From assembly GCA_964247055.1 (NCBI GenBank), contig OZ176051.1, positions 9,982,001 to 10,046,000 on the forward strand: a stretch of 64,000 nt of DNA, given 5' to 3'. The notes beneath the pieces were generated by a model. It worked only from the letters and a program-made list of their open reading frames with translations. It made no database searches and was not told where the DNA came from. A program made the translations under genes and the position numbers. This document shows, one piece after another, positions 38,610 to 52,946 of this stretch (positions within the stretch are counted from its first letter, which is position 1; each line of letters starts with the position of its first letter). This stretch comes from Paragordius varius. Its lineage: Eukaryota > Animalia > Nematomorpha.

Positions 38610-41600
38610 TTAATGCTGTGATATTAATGCTTTAGATTCGTCCTTCCCAGTAGATCCAAATATTTTTTTGCTACCCAAATATTTCGCTAATTGATCTTTA
38701 TCTTTGTATTTTTTAAGTTTCTCCCAATTTAGATACATTAACGTAAGTGTGATTAGTAAGAGAAGGAATATAATCTAACAATAAAAATACGATGTAGGTA
38801 TAATTTTATAGCAATACAATGAAACTTACCTCATAATGTTAAAATGGTCAAAAAGTTTTTTTACTGTCAAAAACTGGCAACTCTTTGATATGATACATAT
38901 TCACTGTTCACAGAAAAAAATAAATGTTCATATCATTAGAGAGCTAAAAGCTTCAGTATAATGAATATCAAAATAAAAAAACGGTTAAAATACTGGAAAA
39001 AATATTTTAGTTCTTCTACAAAATTAAAATTGAATTATCGCACGTCCCGTCGAAAAAAATTAAATACAATGGAAGAACTTCAACTTTTTTGTTAAAATGT
39101 ATCATAAGGATAATTGTTAACGCAAATTATCAAACATTTTTCAGTTCCTTAAAATACTTACAGGAATTGATCTAAAAAATCGCCTTTTGTCGTCAAATCT
39201 AAAAAACTTGTAGCATTTGGTAAAATAATTTTTATATCATATATATTTGCTATGCATATGATCGTTACCCAATATATCGTGTTTAAATAGGCTTTCGCAC
39301 AGTGTTTTAACGGATTTCAGTTTAAAATCGATTACACATTTGAATTATTCTTAGTATCATCTTAATTATTTCAATATATAGTTGAACTTTGAACCGGAAC
39401 CCGGTTCCTGAGATCGAATAGGAACCGGTTCCGGTAAGTTGGAACCAACCCGATTTTAACGTTTTCAGCCCGGTTCCATTTTTGAATTATTAGGAATTAC
39501 CACGGTTCCGATTTCACCTCCAAAATAATTTTTCCCATATATTTTTCCTAAAAATTGAGTTTAATATTTACTATCTGTGATTAATAATACTATATTTTCT
39601 AGTCTTCCATCAAAATGGAATGACGATTAGAATTTTAATATGTTGTTTAAATATTATTTTTTAAAAATTGATCATATAATAACATTTTTTACTCTATCCC
39701 ATTGAAATGGACTTACTATGCTGACATTTTTTTGACTAACTTACTAAGTCTGGAAGGGGGTACCTAAAACAATTACGATTTTTCTATCTCAATTAAGAAC
39801 ACTTAGCTGGTTAACCAATATATCTCTTAAAAAATTATAAGTTATAGCGTCAATTAAAAACCCATAACGGAAAAATTAGCCACACTATATATCAGTGTCG
39901 GCTCACGGGCCACATGAGGCCATTATTTTTATGGCCACAGATTTAAAAATAATAAAAAAAATTCGTGCAGGTACATATTACGGCTTACAACATAGAAAGA
40001 AACTTTTACACGCTAAATTAAATATTTTTATATTTCAAATGTAGTCTGACGAATTGCTTCGTACAATCATATAAAGTTAAAGATTTCTTCCATTGCGATA
40101 AATACAAATACACTTATAGCTACCATTGTAGATTTACTTTTAACTATTTAACTTTTCTAATATATTATTTTTTGATGTATTTTGGTTTATATTTAGATTC
40201 ATCTTATAATAAAAATGTTGTATAAAAATCATTTAATGAAAAGTCAGGAATCATTAAGGAACCGGTTTTATGTAAAAAACCGATTCCGGAACGGTTAAAA
40301 TATTAGTAACCAACCTAGTTCTGGTTCCACATGATCAGGAACTACCGTTTTAAAATATTAGGAACCACTTCAATTTCTCTTTCATATTAAACCAGGCCGG
40401 TTCTGGTCACCACCGTTTAGGAACCTCCGTGGTTCCGGTTTCATTTTTTTAGAATCGGTTAGAAATCCTGATATATTATTGAATACTTGCCCAATGAATA
40501 CATCAACTATATCATAATAGGTTTTATAAATCTGAAATGCATTCATCCTGTGACCAATAATTCAAAACTTTAGAGATCTATAATGACTAATTAAATAATA
40601 AAAAATATCTATCTAATTGGTTAATATTTGTATGTAATTGGTTTTTGACCCGTCAAAAATAATTATTTGTCTCAATTTCTATGAAGTCAGTCAGCTTTCA
40701 GTGTAAAATATATGTTATAAATAAACCAAATAAAAAGAGATACCGTTTGATTTAGTTTAAAAGTTGTATAATATTAACGGTAAGTCCCCAAACCAAACGA
40801 TAAATGAATCCGTAGTATTTATTGCGCAGTTTTTACGTTCTTTGTTTTATATATTTTACGAGATAATGTTTAAAATCGAAAATAATGAACTATTCTTGGT
40901 CATAGATTCATTCAACCAATCAGTCAGACCCATCCTTATTAAAGGTAATAATTTCTAGTTAATATAATATATTTATCAGACCCATTATCAACTTTTAACC
41001 GCTTTAAAACCTAACCTTATTCAAGAACTTTTTTAAAAATAAGAATAAATCCTTACAAATCCGAAAATCGATTTTAGCTCCCTTCTTCTTTTTCCATCAT
41101 GATCCTTGCGCTCATTGGTTAAATTATGAAGGTGGCTAATAAAGAACTCAAGTGACACCGTACTGCCTTCACTCCCTGGAAAATGGTAGGATGCATCGCT
41201 ATAAATGTGTTGTTTTGCCATTTCATATTCCCAATCATATAAACTAATGTTTTGTCGATTCCTATTGTGCGCCCATATTTGCTGTGTTGTTCCATTACTT
41301 TTTCGTCTTTTGAAACTGAAATAGCTCATTAAATTTTGGAGTAAAGTTTGCTTTTCCGTTTCATTTGTTTTTATTGTAGTTCCAATACCTGGTTTATACA
41401 TTGCAATGATTTGTGGGTAAAGTTGAGGAGGTATAATTGGTGCAAATCCTTGTGGACAAGAGCATATTTCTTTTGGGATACGACTTCCATTTCCACATGG
41501 ACATTGTGTCACTTCTCTTACATTTTGGGTGGTATAGGTACTATTAAATAAAATTTCTTATATATAATATACTACAAGTATTTTATAGTTTGGTGCAAAT

Positions 41601-43762
41601 GCTGAATATAAATTATAAAGAAACAGGGATGATTCATTTATAACATTTATAAGGCGCAAAAAGTTAAATCCAAAGGTTATCCAGTTCACAAATGGAAACG
41701 TTCTTTACAAAATTGCATAGATTAATCGTCGGATAAGATTACTTTACATTAGATGAATTTAGAATTTTAAAAAAAGATTGGATTTAAATTGGGAACAAAT
41801 TTTTTAATATTGATTTACCTAACAATGCAGTACTCATTTTGAAACCAGTATAAACTTACGTAGTTGTCCCGTTTTGAGTCGTGTGACGAAAGATATTTTT
41901 TATTTTATTCCATAAATTCTGGCGTGATGTTGTTAGAGATGAGAATGGTTGACCAAATGCCACCGTCTTGCTAGTAGTCATATCCTGAACTCTAACATTA
42001 CAAAATTCTATCCTATCTGAAAGTTTTTTCTCTTGTGAGTTTGTTTGGGAAACAATCCCCTTTCCTGGTCTAAAATGTTTGGAGGAAAATGGATAAGTTG
42101 TCCATTGATCATCACATTTGCACCCCAATCCCCCGTATATTGGTGTGCCATGATTACATTGCACAATTTCCTATTTTCGTAAAATGCAACTTTATTAATC
42201 ACGATTAGATTATTTCAAAGTTAATATAATAATATTTATATCTTGTTCTTCATTTATTTAATCGATGGATTTACAATTATTATAACATATTTGTGGAAAT
42301 GCTTAAAAACAAGCTCTATAATAAATTTTAAAAGATCATTTAAATTTCGTGATTAGTTAAAAGGCCAAAACACTTATATTATTATGAATGAAGAAAAAAT
42401 TATTTTCAATGTTCTTATAGTTTGAGAGTAAACGGCACTAAATTAACCATTTCACAACCTCATATAAATTTTTCAATAGTATGTTATTTTAGCCAAAAAT
42501 AAATTATAATATCAATGAAAATATGTAATATTGGTATATATTTTAAATGTTACGATTTTTGAATATTTCTGTGCCCAATCGTCTCTATTGTTTTGACCCG
42601 AACTGGAGAGTAGAAGCATTTTATCCAGTTCAAGCATGTCCAATTCATCTATCCCTTGATTTATTTCTTTGCAACAATTGCAATCAGGATCATAGTACTA
42701 AATGTGATAAAACATATATTTTCTAAATCAGAGATGGCCAACATCTCCGAAATATTCAGCAGTCCGGAGAAAATTTAAGAAATATAATATATACAATAAA
42801 AAAATGATATTTATAAAAATTAAGTAAAATTGGTATTACAACTTGACAAATTTTCATAATATGGCTTATTGGCAAATAAGTGGCGAATATTGTTTAACTA
42901 AATGATCACTTTATTGTGTTCGTAGATTATTTCACAATTTTATGTTCTAAATCTAACAAAATAATCATTAATGCCCATATAATTTTTGGATGAGGCCCGC
43001 AATGCCGTTCGTGTGGGGCACACCTTATTTATTAAACTTACAAGACGATACTAAAAAACTAACTGTATTGTGTAAAGTCTCTTCACTATTAGAATGGCAA
43101 ATGGGAATTTTTTCGCATTTAAAGGTTTTAGTATTAAAATGGTTGCGATAACCATTATACTTGGCTATACAATCGACAGGAATACATTCCCTTAAAGGAT
43201 CCAAATCAATCGTTTTACATGCATACTCATCGTTATTTTCGTTTTCTAAAAAAAGACAGACATGAATAGTAGCGGATTTAATTATAACTTTGAGCGCTTT
43301 AAACGCATTTACGCTTTACTTAGAATCAGAAAATAATGGTTAGATATAAAACAAAATGGTAACAAAATTATATCTTTTTATTGGTATATTTTATTCAATC
43401 AGACACATTTTATATAATATACACTTTATTGATCGTTTCTGACCCCACAATGTAAAAACAGTTATTATTATTATTTTTTAAGCGCTTAAAAAACAAATCA
43501 TTAAAAAATGGTTAAAAAATATGCTTATAAAAGCGACTAAATAATTACCAAATAAATTTTTAAACCAATTGACGATCAAATCCAAATCATTCATGCTAAT
43601 CTTTGGGATCTCTTTGTGGTCCGTTACTGTATTGTTTTCGTTAATTTGTATAACAAATTTATCATTAACATATATATTAAATGGTATTTTGTATTGAAAA
43701 GCAGTACTAGTGTCTTCAGATATGATATCGAATAAACAGTAGCCTTTGCGTCCAACTATGTA
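38610..43762 (-). CDS. Uncharacterised Cys-rich, EGF-like-containing probable single-pass membrane protein (5' end unresolved)
   Basis: In-frame GT-AG exons 43549-43762, about 43050-43227 (ACKTIDLDPLRECIPVDCIAKYNGYRNHFNTKTFKCEKIPIC), about 42550-42686 (YYDPDCNCC), about 41860-42172 (CNHG, CKCDDQWTT) and about 41060-41540 (CPCGNG, CSCPQGF). A terminal exon at 38610-38774 encodes a TM helix and basic tail (IIFLLLLITLTLMYLNWEKLKK); its linkage to the rest is uncertain. Confidence 0.6.
39385..40470. mobile_element. Degenerate non-autonomous DNA element with GGAACC/GGTTCC subterminal clusters (hAT-like)
   Basis: Dense GAACCGGAACC and GGTTCCGG motifs at about 39390-39510 and 40245-40445; right end AATCCTG; left terminus and TSD not found. 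Confidence 0.45.
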
Positions 43763-43774
43763 CTATCAAAAAAG

Positions 43775-45280
43775 AAGGCTAATATAAAAAACACGCTCGA
43801 TAAATTTTTTGCGTTTATAGGGGAATACCTGAAATAATCATTCATTTATGTTCTTAATAGCTTTTGGAAGAATGGCGTCAAACCTAAATATTAGTTCAAT
43901 GATAGCGCATTTTTTAGGGCGTAAAGGGCCTAATTAACGTTTAAGAAAACCGCTCAACTTAAATTTTTCCCTTTTTACGGGTAAAATTTCAGGCCCTAAT
44001 TAAAATTATGTGGCCTGATAAGTTTGCTGAAAATTAACTCCTAAACAACGCAATTTCGAATGGTGGCGCAGTTTTAGGCGAGTAACTCCCTACCCAGAGG
44101 CTGATACAAAAAAGCGCTTGATTAAAATTTTTGCCTTTTTACGGAGAAAACCTGGAATCATTACACTAGACAACAAATTTTAACTTTTTTTAACTGCCAT
44201 TCTTGTAAATTTAAAATTTATTTCATTAAAGTACCTAAATAGTATATCTGAAAAGAAAATTGGTCTAGCATGCAATAATTTTTTTATATTAGAGTTTATC
44301 GATAATTTTTGGCCCCGATTTAACATTAAACTCGAAATTTCGAAAATTATTTAGATATGAAGCCATGTATTTAATATCATTCGAAAGAGCGCAAAAAACT
44401 GCATCTTTTAAATGGTAGTAAGTCATTTAAATCAATCGGAGGTAAAAGTTATTTGGATTTAAATGGTCAAAATTTTTAATTCTTAAATAAGTCAAGAATT
44501 TTCACCGACAAACTAATTTGAAAATCATATAAATTATTTTAATATAATTATTAGGGTTATGTTAGTATTAAATTTAAAAAAAATGTTTGAAAAAGCTTTT
44601 TTTGGTTTGCTTTTTTAATAAATATTATTATCATAAATATTTTACCTAATGGATACTAAAATGCATAGTTATAACTGTAAATTTATTACATAATGGTTAT
44701 AAATGTATATTTTCAAAGAAAAACATTTTTTAGTAAAATTTTGATAAAGAGGGCGCATGATCAAAATAATCAAATTATACAAAATTCTTCCATCGAGTTA
44801 TAATTTTTTTTTCAGATTTACTGTTAAAATGATACTAAATATCTGAAAATGCAAAAAACTCGAGTGGCAGAAAAATTTGTTGTTCAGTGTTATTGATACC
44901 ATATGTTCTCATTATTTGTTGGAAAAATTGTCTCAAAACAAAAAAACCATTCAATGGTGGCGCATTTTTTAGGTCATGAAGGGTCTAATTAATGGCTAAT
45001 TTTAAAAAACCGCACGACCTAAATTTTTGCCTTGTTACGGGTAATATTTTAAGCACCTATTGAACTCATATGGCCAAATGGGTTTCTGAAATTTAGCCCT
45101 AAAGGCACGCTATTTCGATATGACGGGGCAGTTTTTAGCGGGTATCTCCTTACCCAGCAGCCAATATAAAAAACCGCACGACTAAAATTTTTGCCTTTTA
45201 ACAGGGAATACCTGAAATTCTTATTAAATATTACGGTTTCATACCTTGGGCGAAAAATAGATTCAAAAATTATTTTGTGT
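43775..45280 (-). mobile_element. Internal fragment of the Helitron tandem-array region, interrupted by a younger element
   Basis: 43775-44163 matches about 24975-25345 and 44890-45280 matches about 25345-25695. Confidence 0.8.
44164..44889. mobile_element. Non-autonomous CMC-superfamily (Chapaev3-like) element, 726 bp
   Basis: TTA|CACTAGACAACAAATTT...AAATTTGTTGTTCAGTG|TTA, a 3-bp TWA TSD. Removing it restores collinearity with the other Helitron copy. Confidence 0.85.
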
Positions 45281-48200
45281 AAACCCTCATAATTAGCCAA
45301 AGATTTAATAAAATTAAAATTAATCATTTTTTTATTGTTCGAATTCCGTAAAATATATTGATTTATATATATTATGCATAGAAGCTATTTGCGTAGCGAC
45401 TCTCTTATTTAATGTTTTCGATTTCAAACGTCAACATTCGGGAAGGTTTGTAACTGTTTTGAAGATATCTAATTACCCTTCTGTGCGGCCTCTTTTACAC
45501 GCGACCGCCCCAATGATAATGTTTTTATTAAGCGAATCGGATCGGAGAATATGACTGAGATATTTTAATAATCTGTATTATCAGATCATAAATCAAGAAT
45601 TTGGGTTCGATGAAAAGAATATTAATATTGTGGGCCTATAATTCCCAACTTCCGGAAGCACCACATCTGAAATAAGTTGAAACAGGCCATATCGATGGAT
45701 TTAGGAATCCATAATTTAACTAAAAATAATAATTTTATATATTTTTAAAAGAGGTCACATGATGCGGATAATTATTCTTTTTCCCCACAATCGATGTTAT
45801 TAACGCAGGGCTGTCTTCTGTATAAAAATCATAAAATATTGTGAATATAAACATGCGTTACGTTGTTAAAATAAGTTAAATTTATTTGTCCCCATGTTTT
45901 TGGATATATGTTTATCTTTGGATTACCATATAATTTCATTGACTATTATGTATTTTTTTTATAAATTTTACTTCGCAATCAATATCTTCCGGCGATTGGA
46001 TATTAAAGCAACATTTTTTTGTTCTAACATCGTGTGTTTGCAGTTTATTGAGCTCATTATATATCCGAATAACTATTGTTATATGTAAATTGAATAACTT
46101 ACAGAAATCTAAGGCTACACTTCCTACATTATCGTAAACTACACCACTATCCTACAAATTAGATCAAGGGAAACTTACGATGTTTTTAATTATATGCTGA
46201 CTTTTAACTGACATCACCATTAAAATGATCCAAAAATATGTCATCAATAAAGAAGAGTACATTCTAATTGTATATATATATATATATATATACAATGGAC
46301 CCCCTTGATCACCACTCACGATACATCTCTTATAAAGAACAGTTAATGCTGCATCATGTTCTTTGCCGATTATTAAATATAACCCTACTTTTTAATATGG
46401 TTGTTTAAACTTGACAGCATTTTCCCCAAACCTCCCTTGATTTTTAGATATTATGAAATCTCGTAATGAGACAAAAATATAACAAAACAAGAATAATTAA
46501 AAATAGTCGTATATTGTTCCAAAAACGGTTTCCATAGATATTTGTGAAAATATTTTGTTTTAGTTTCTCTGTTTTTGGCCAAATAATCCCTACTCCCATT
46601 CTTTTTAAAGATTTACAGATAGTTTCAGTTCATTACATTTACATTTTTTTGATGACATTTTGGAGGATTTTTGAGCCCAGAGCTTAAAGTAGTAAACGAA
46701 CTATTGTTTAAATTAACACTTGGATACAACACATTCATTTTAGTCCTTCAATTCGAATTGGGGTAGTTAAATATCCCAGGCCTGTTTAAAATCAAATTCT
46801 TTAAAAAATATGGAAGGAATCAAAACCATGGCAAAATTTTGCACTTATAAAGCATTAATAAACAGAAATATATAAAAAATTTAATTCAAAAATACTTGAT
46901 ATTACTTATTTTAAGGGAAAACCGAAAGGTAAAAAGTTAGTCAACGTGACATGTGTGCAATGGTAAAATTGAAAAATATTACAAAATAAACCGGTTTTCT
47001 ATTTCTATCAATGTTACATGTTATTAAAAAAATTAGCTTTAATTATACCCTTAAAATTAAATGGAGAGGATATTTTGAAAAATTTTGCAAAATAAAAATG
47101 GCGTCGAAGTAGTTTGACATGGAACTCTTTTTATACAAAATTATATTTAGATATTTTGGCATATTAATATAATTTTGGATAGAAGCACAAATTTAAATTG
47201 GGACTGGTTCCTTCAGTAGTTTTTTAAAATCCTAACTCAAATTTAGTTTGGGCCTTTAGATACCCCAATTTGAATCGAAGTGTTAATTGAATTATTTATT
47301 CACTTATACCTAGAAAATTCAGATAGATCCAAAGCACGATTCAAATCAACAGCCAATATAAATCAATATCAAGTATTAGCTGATAGTATACGGAAAACTT
47401 TTTATATTTACTTTATCTAACCATAATATATTATATATATATATATATTAGCCTGTTGCATTAGCGATAAATATTTAACGCTTATGTGAGTTTTTAGTGC
47501 CAGGGCTTAAGAGTGTCTCTTAAAGTATTTAGGCCGATGAAAAATATGCTTTCTTTATTTTCTTCTTAAACTTTTTCGGTGCCATCTTTTTTCTTTTAAT
47601 TAAAATCGCTAATACAATAGACAAATATAATATGGTTACAAATTTAAATAATCCAATTTAAGCTTTATATTATATATTACCTACATAAATATGATATTAA
47701 TTTTAGAATCAGTTGTTTATTCTGTTTTAATTTTGGAATTTAGAACAAAATTGTAAAAAACTAGGCTTTTTATCTAATATAGGAGAACAGTTTGATAAGT
47801 AAATTATAATTAAAACTTATAAAACAGTATTTTTTTACAACATTGAGTGAGCTCTGGAACGTAAAACTAGTTTAAAATATCATCGCGGACAAAAAAGTAA
47901 GGTCATGAGGTGCTAAAGAAGATTATAGCGGCGATTGTTTGCGAAATTTTTTTTAATAATTTATTTACTCTTTAGAGGTTCAAAAGTTATTTGCATTTCA
48001 TATCCATAAAATTTTACCAATTTTTATTTATTATGTGTTATTGAATCCCTTATGCTGAACTCTCTCAATTATATATATTTCCTATTTTTTTGAATGTTGT
48101 TAATTTTAATATTTTTTTTCTTTTGAAGGTTAAAATAGATATATTATAAAATAATTAATATTTGTTTTTAAAAAGTAACCACACTACTCACCAAAATTTC

Positions 48201-48432
48201 GCCGAAAAAAGTATTTATCTTGTCTCAAGAGCCAAGTTTAGTATTATACCGATTATTTCATAACATTCTAACCTTTCTACAAATATTTCAATATAAACAC
48301 ATAAATTTTAAAATTCACCAAAAAGCATTTTAAGGGACCGTTTGAGTACCACTGATATACATTAATTAATTTATTATTTATACAAATATTTTTTTTGAAA
48401 CAGGATTCATCATTTAAGTACGGTTTTAGCAC

Positions 48433-51400
48433 ATGGGCAAGAAAACTAAAGTAGGAAAATCTCGAAGAGACAAATTTTATAAATTATCCAAGGAAATCGG
48501 TTTTTCTTAAATTTTATTACAGGATATCGTAGTAGAGCAGCCTTTAAGCTTATTCAACTTAACCAAAAATATGGATTTTTGCAAAACAGTACTGTTATAT
48601 TGGATTTATGTTGCGCTCCTGGTGGGTGGTTACAGGTCGCGGCTAAAACAGTCTCGCCATCTGCAGTCCTAATAGGTTTATACCTTATTTTTAAATGATA
48701 TTTACTATATTATTATTATTAGGCATCGATTTAGCGCCTATGAAACCATTGCCAAACGTGGAATTTTTTCAAGAAGACATCACCACTGAAAAATGTTATC
48801 ACGTAATTTTTTATTTAATTTTAGTTAATTAAAAAATTTCTCAAATCTTGTAAGCTTGATTGTGTTTTGCATGACGGTGCACCCAATTTAGGAAACAATT
48901 GGCTATATGATGCCCATTCTCAAGGTAAATTTTATATTTATTAAACTAACGGCTACTTTTATTTTTATGGAATCCTAAACAATATATCTTTTAAAAATAA
49001 CTTATTCATTTAATTCAATTTATTCATATAATGTTATTTATTTTTATGTGTAATCGATATGTAAAATCAAATCATCTAGTTTCATATTGACTATACTGTA
49101 AGCAGAAGTTTTTGACGGAGAGGATCTATTTTTAATAATCTCAAATTTTGTAATTATTTCAATAAATTTATTTGATGATTTTTTAGTTCGCCTCACATTC
49201 TATGCATTCAAATTGGCCATCCAATTTTTGGCTCCGGGCGGCGTGTTTGTCACCAAATTGTTTCGCAGCAAAGATTACAATTCTTTATTATGGCTTTTCC
49301 GTAAATTTTTCAAGAAGGTTGAGGCCACTAAACCATTAGCATCGCGTTCAGAATCGGCCGAAATGTACATTATTTGCCAAGGCTTTATACGTTACGATAA
49401 AATTGATGCCAGATACTTGGATCCCAAATTCATATTTCAAGAAACGGATGAAATACCAACGGCCAAAGACGCAAAACTAGCCGAACGTCAAATTAGTTCA
49501 TCAAACATTAAAGAGGACACACATAATGACATGGACATTTCTTTAAACGTAGAAAATGGCCTCAACTCTTTGCCGGTTCAAAATTTATCTGATCCAACTG
49601 ACGAAATGGGAGATACAAGTAACACTGCTAAAGTCCAATCAATAACTAAGCTTAAAGCGCTTTATGCACAGCAAGTGCAAGAATGTAAAGAAATTGCCTC
49701 CATGCAACACAGATTAGCTTGTGAACGTGAAAAAATGATGCAACACAATTCTGCTATCATAGGTCATCAACAGGATATTACAACTATTTCTTCTACCACT
49801 AAAACTTTAAAACAATCATCTACGACTTCATACAATAACACAGACCCTGAATTAACTGCCACCAAATTTTATCGTACCCTTATTTCTGATCTTGATTTCA
49901 TACTTGCACCATGTCTTAAAAAATTATTGACTAAAGATGAACCAAAACTCAAGGAAATATGTTTGGTGGATCCACGGATTCGGAATCACGCTCTAACCAC
50001 TAGCGAAATAAAAGCACTTTGTCGCGATTTAAAGGTCATTAATACAGGTGATATGCGTAGCCTAATTAGATGGGCCACTAAGATTAAACGGGTCCTCTTT
50101 GCTCCCAAGGAAAAGAAAGGCGAAAAGGATCGAAATGAAGATAAAGGTATTTTTATAACAATTTTTTTTACAAATTCCGGTAAGAAAATATTAATCGATA
50201 GTTTAACTGTTTATAAATTATTTATTAACAGTCATAATCATTTAAGGTATAGCATAAAATGCAGATATTTGTAAAATCTAGCGAAATAAATCAAATAATT
50301 AAATTTTATATTCATAATGAATAAGAATTTGAATAAAATCGAAAAATGTAAATGATATATATAAATAAGTTTTCATATGTTTTCTCCAATATTTGGTTGG
50401 TTAAATTTAAAATTTATAATTTGTCACAGTCACTGTCGTGAATGCTGAATGCAACCATCAAAGCTAGTTTTTCATATCATTTTCAATGAATCAATATTGT
50501 TATTTCACAGATTTAACCGAAGAAGAACGCCTTGAAAAACAAATTTTGGCCATCAAAAAAGAATCTGAACACTTGATTAAGGTTAAACGACGTAAGGTGG
50601 CTAAAATGAAATCTAAATTATTGGAACGAATGAAATTGGAAATGGATACACCACATGACATTACAGATACGATGGAGAATGAGGAATTGTTTAGTTTGAA
50701 ACAGTATGAAGGCTTTATCGATAATGGTATCTTCTATTATCCAAATTTAATTTGTTTCAATTTGTTGACAATTCACATTTTTTTTGGACAATTGGCATTA
50801 TATAGAAAAACAAGAAATGGTTGGAATCACCCTTTTTATTATATTAGAACATTAAATTTTATTTGATTATGGACAAAATTTGATATATATTCTACCCCAC
50901 TGTATTACCAATCGGCCAACAATAATGAGAATGGATCAACATTAATGTGCTTCACTTTTGCAAAGATATTATTATGATTATCATTTCTTAAACCTAAATT
51001 TAATTATATTATTCTAGTTTTAAAGTTTTAGTGGTAATAAAACCGTAATATAATTTTTAATGTCCATAAAAATATATATTTTTGGCTATATTCTTATAGT
51101 TATTAATAATACTATTACCTAAAAATTATTATTTAAATGAACTATATAATAAAATTATATAGAGGAACTGAAAACTCATTTATACATTTTATTTATTTTA
51201 ATTTAACATACATATTTTCAATAAATTACTCAAATTAATTTATTTAAGATGATGATGTTGATGAAGAAAATAGGAGCAAATCTTTGATTAAACCGTTGGG
51301 AGATCACAACGAAAGAGAAGCAATCCGTATGGAACAATGGTTTGATCGGCCAACATTTAAATTGCTAGATTTCGATGCTTTGGAAAACTTGGGGTAAGTG

Positions 51401-52915
51401 TTACTTTTTTTAATGCGATTTTTATAACTCTCTGCGAAAATTTGATCCCAATGAAATATTTAAACAATAAAGAATCAACATGAATAATGTGCGTTAAGAT
51501 ATGAACTTACATATATCTGATATAAACCAAACACACCGTATTTAAAAGATAATTAGAATAATATAAAATTCAAATTAATGCTTTATCTCATACAAATAAG
51601 ATACTATTAGGTAAAATTAGATATTTCTTATTTATGGCTTGGGAAAAACGATTACCATAAAACAAAACTTATTTAGTTGTCGGCTCTTAAATTTTTTTGA
51701 TTTTTTTATAAGCGTATAACACTGTAAAATTTGTATGTTTTATTTTTTAACACGTTGTCGCTATGCGGAACAATAAATAGATCATAAAATGTCCAACAAA
51801 TATTTGAGCTATATACTTTATTATATAAAGTTACCTAATAGTACAATGAATGTAATAAAAAGTTGGATAAAATATATTATTAATTTATATATAATTTACT
51901 TGGAGTACGGTGAGGAACGGGGGTAATAATGTTTTTGCCGTATATGAATAAAATTTGAAAAATTATAGTTTTCCAAAATCTACATTTTTTAGGCAAAAAT
52001 TTCCATTTGAATAATGCGTAATTTTAACACAAAATAATAAAGTATGGGTATTACATTATTATCTTAAAACCCTATAACATTTTATAAATTATTTTACATA
52101 CATATTGAAAGTCTACATTTAAATATAATATTGTTGGTATATTAGATCCGCAGATAATCATTCCAAAATTTCTGCCACTGAAACAAATACAAACAATGGT
52201 ATAATCGATGCTTTTTGAAATAAATTTTTTATATAACCAAAATAGATAATGATATATGGTCATGTTATTTATGTTAGTTGATTTGCAATCCGATTACACT
52301 GATGATGAAGGAATCGGTTCCTCAGATAACGATTCAAATAATGATGGCGACACAGCGAAATCCGGTGAAAGTTTAGAATTAAACCGTAACAAAAAAGTTA
52401 AAACTTCTAAACGTAAGAAAAGCGATAAAAATGAACAAAATGAAAATATAAATAATGAAAAATTGCAACTGGATACGCCAGAAGAAATGTTACTTGCTGC
52501 ATACATGATGCAATCTAAAAAGAAAAAGAATTTGGTTGAAGATGAATCATATCACAGGTATATATACCATTTACAGTTCAAATTCACCCTTAAACAATTC
52601 AAATTCACCCTTGAACAATTCAAATTCACCCTCGAACAATTCAAATTTACCCTCAAATAAATAACATGTTTTTTAAGATTAAAAATTACCTATATTTTAA
52701 TATATTTTTAAAAAATAAAATTTTGTTTTAAATTAAAAAATACTGAAAAAAATAATTAATTATGCCATAAAGATATATTTTATATTAATAATGAGTTATA
52801 TTAGTTCGAAAACACATAATTTATTTTTAGGGTGAATTTGAAATGTTTAAGGGTGAATTTGAATTGTTCGAGGGTGAATTTGAATTGTTCAAGGGTGAAT
52901 TTGAACTGTAAATGG

Positions 52916-52946
<31 letters not shown>

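Noticed and set aside
45400-45725. Candidate 5' exon of the Cys-rich gene (LNYGFLNPSIWPVSTYFRCG)
   Set aside because: The frame closes at TAG, and no donor giving a convincing in-phase join to the 43762 exon could be chosen.
52561-52660. Repeated peptide QFKFTLE at the end of ORF 52256-52660
   Set aside because: Read-through past the FTSJ3 donor into the 21-bp MITE TIR repeats, not protein sequence.
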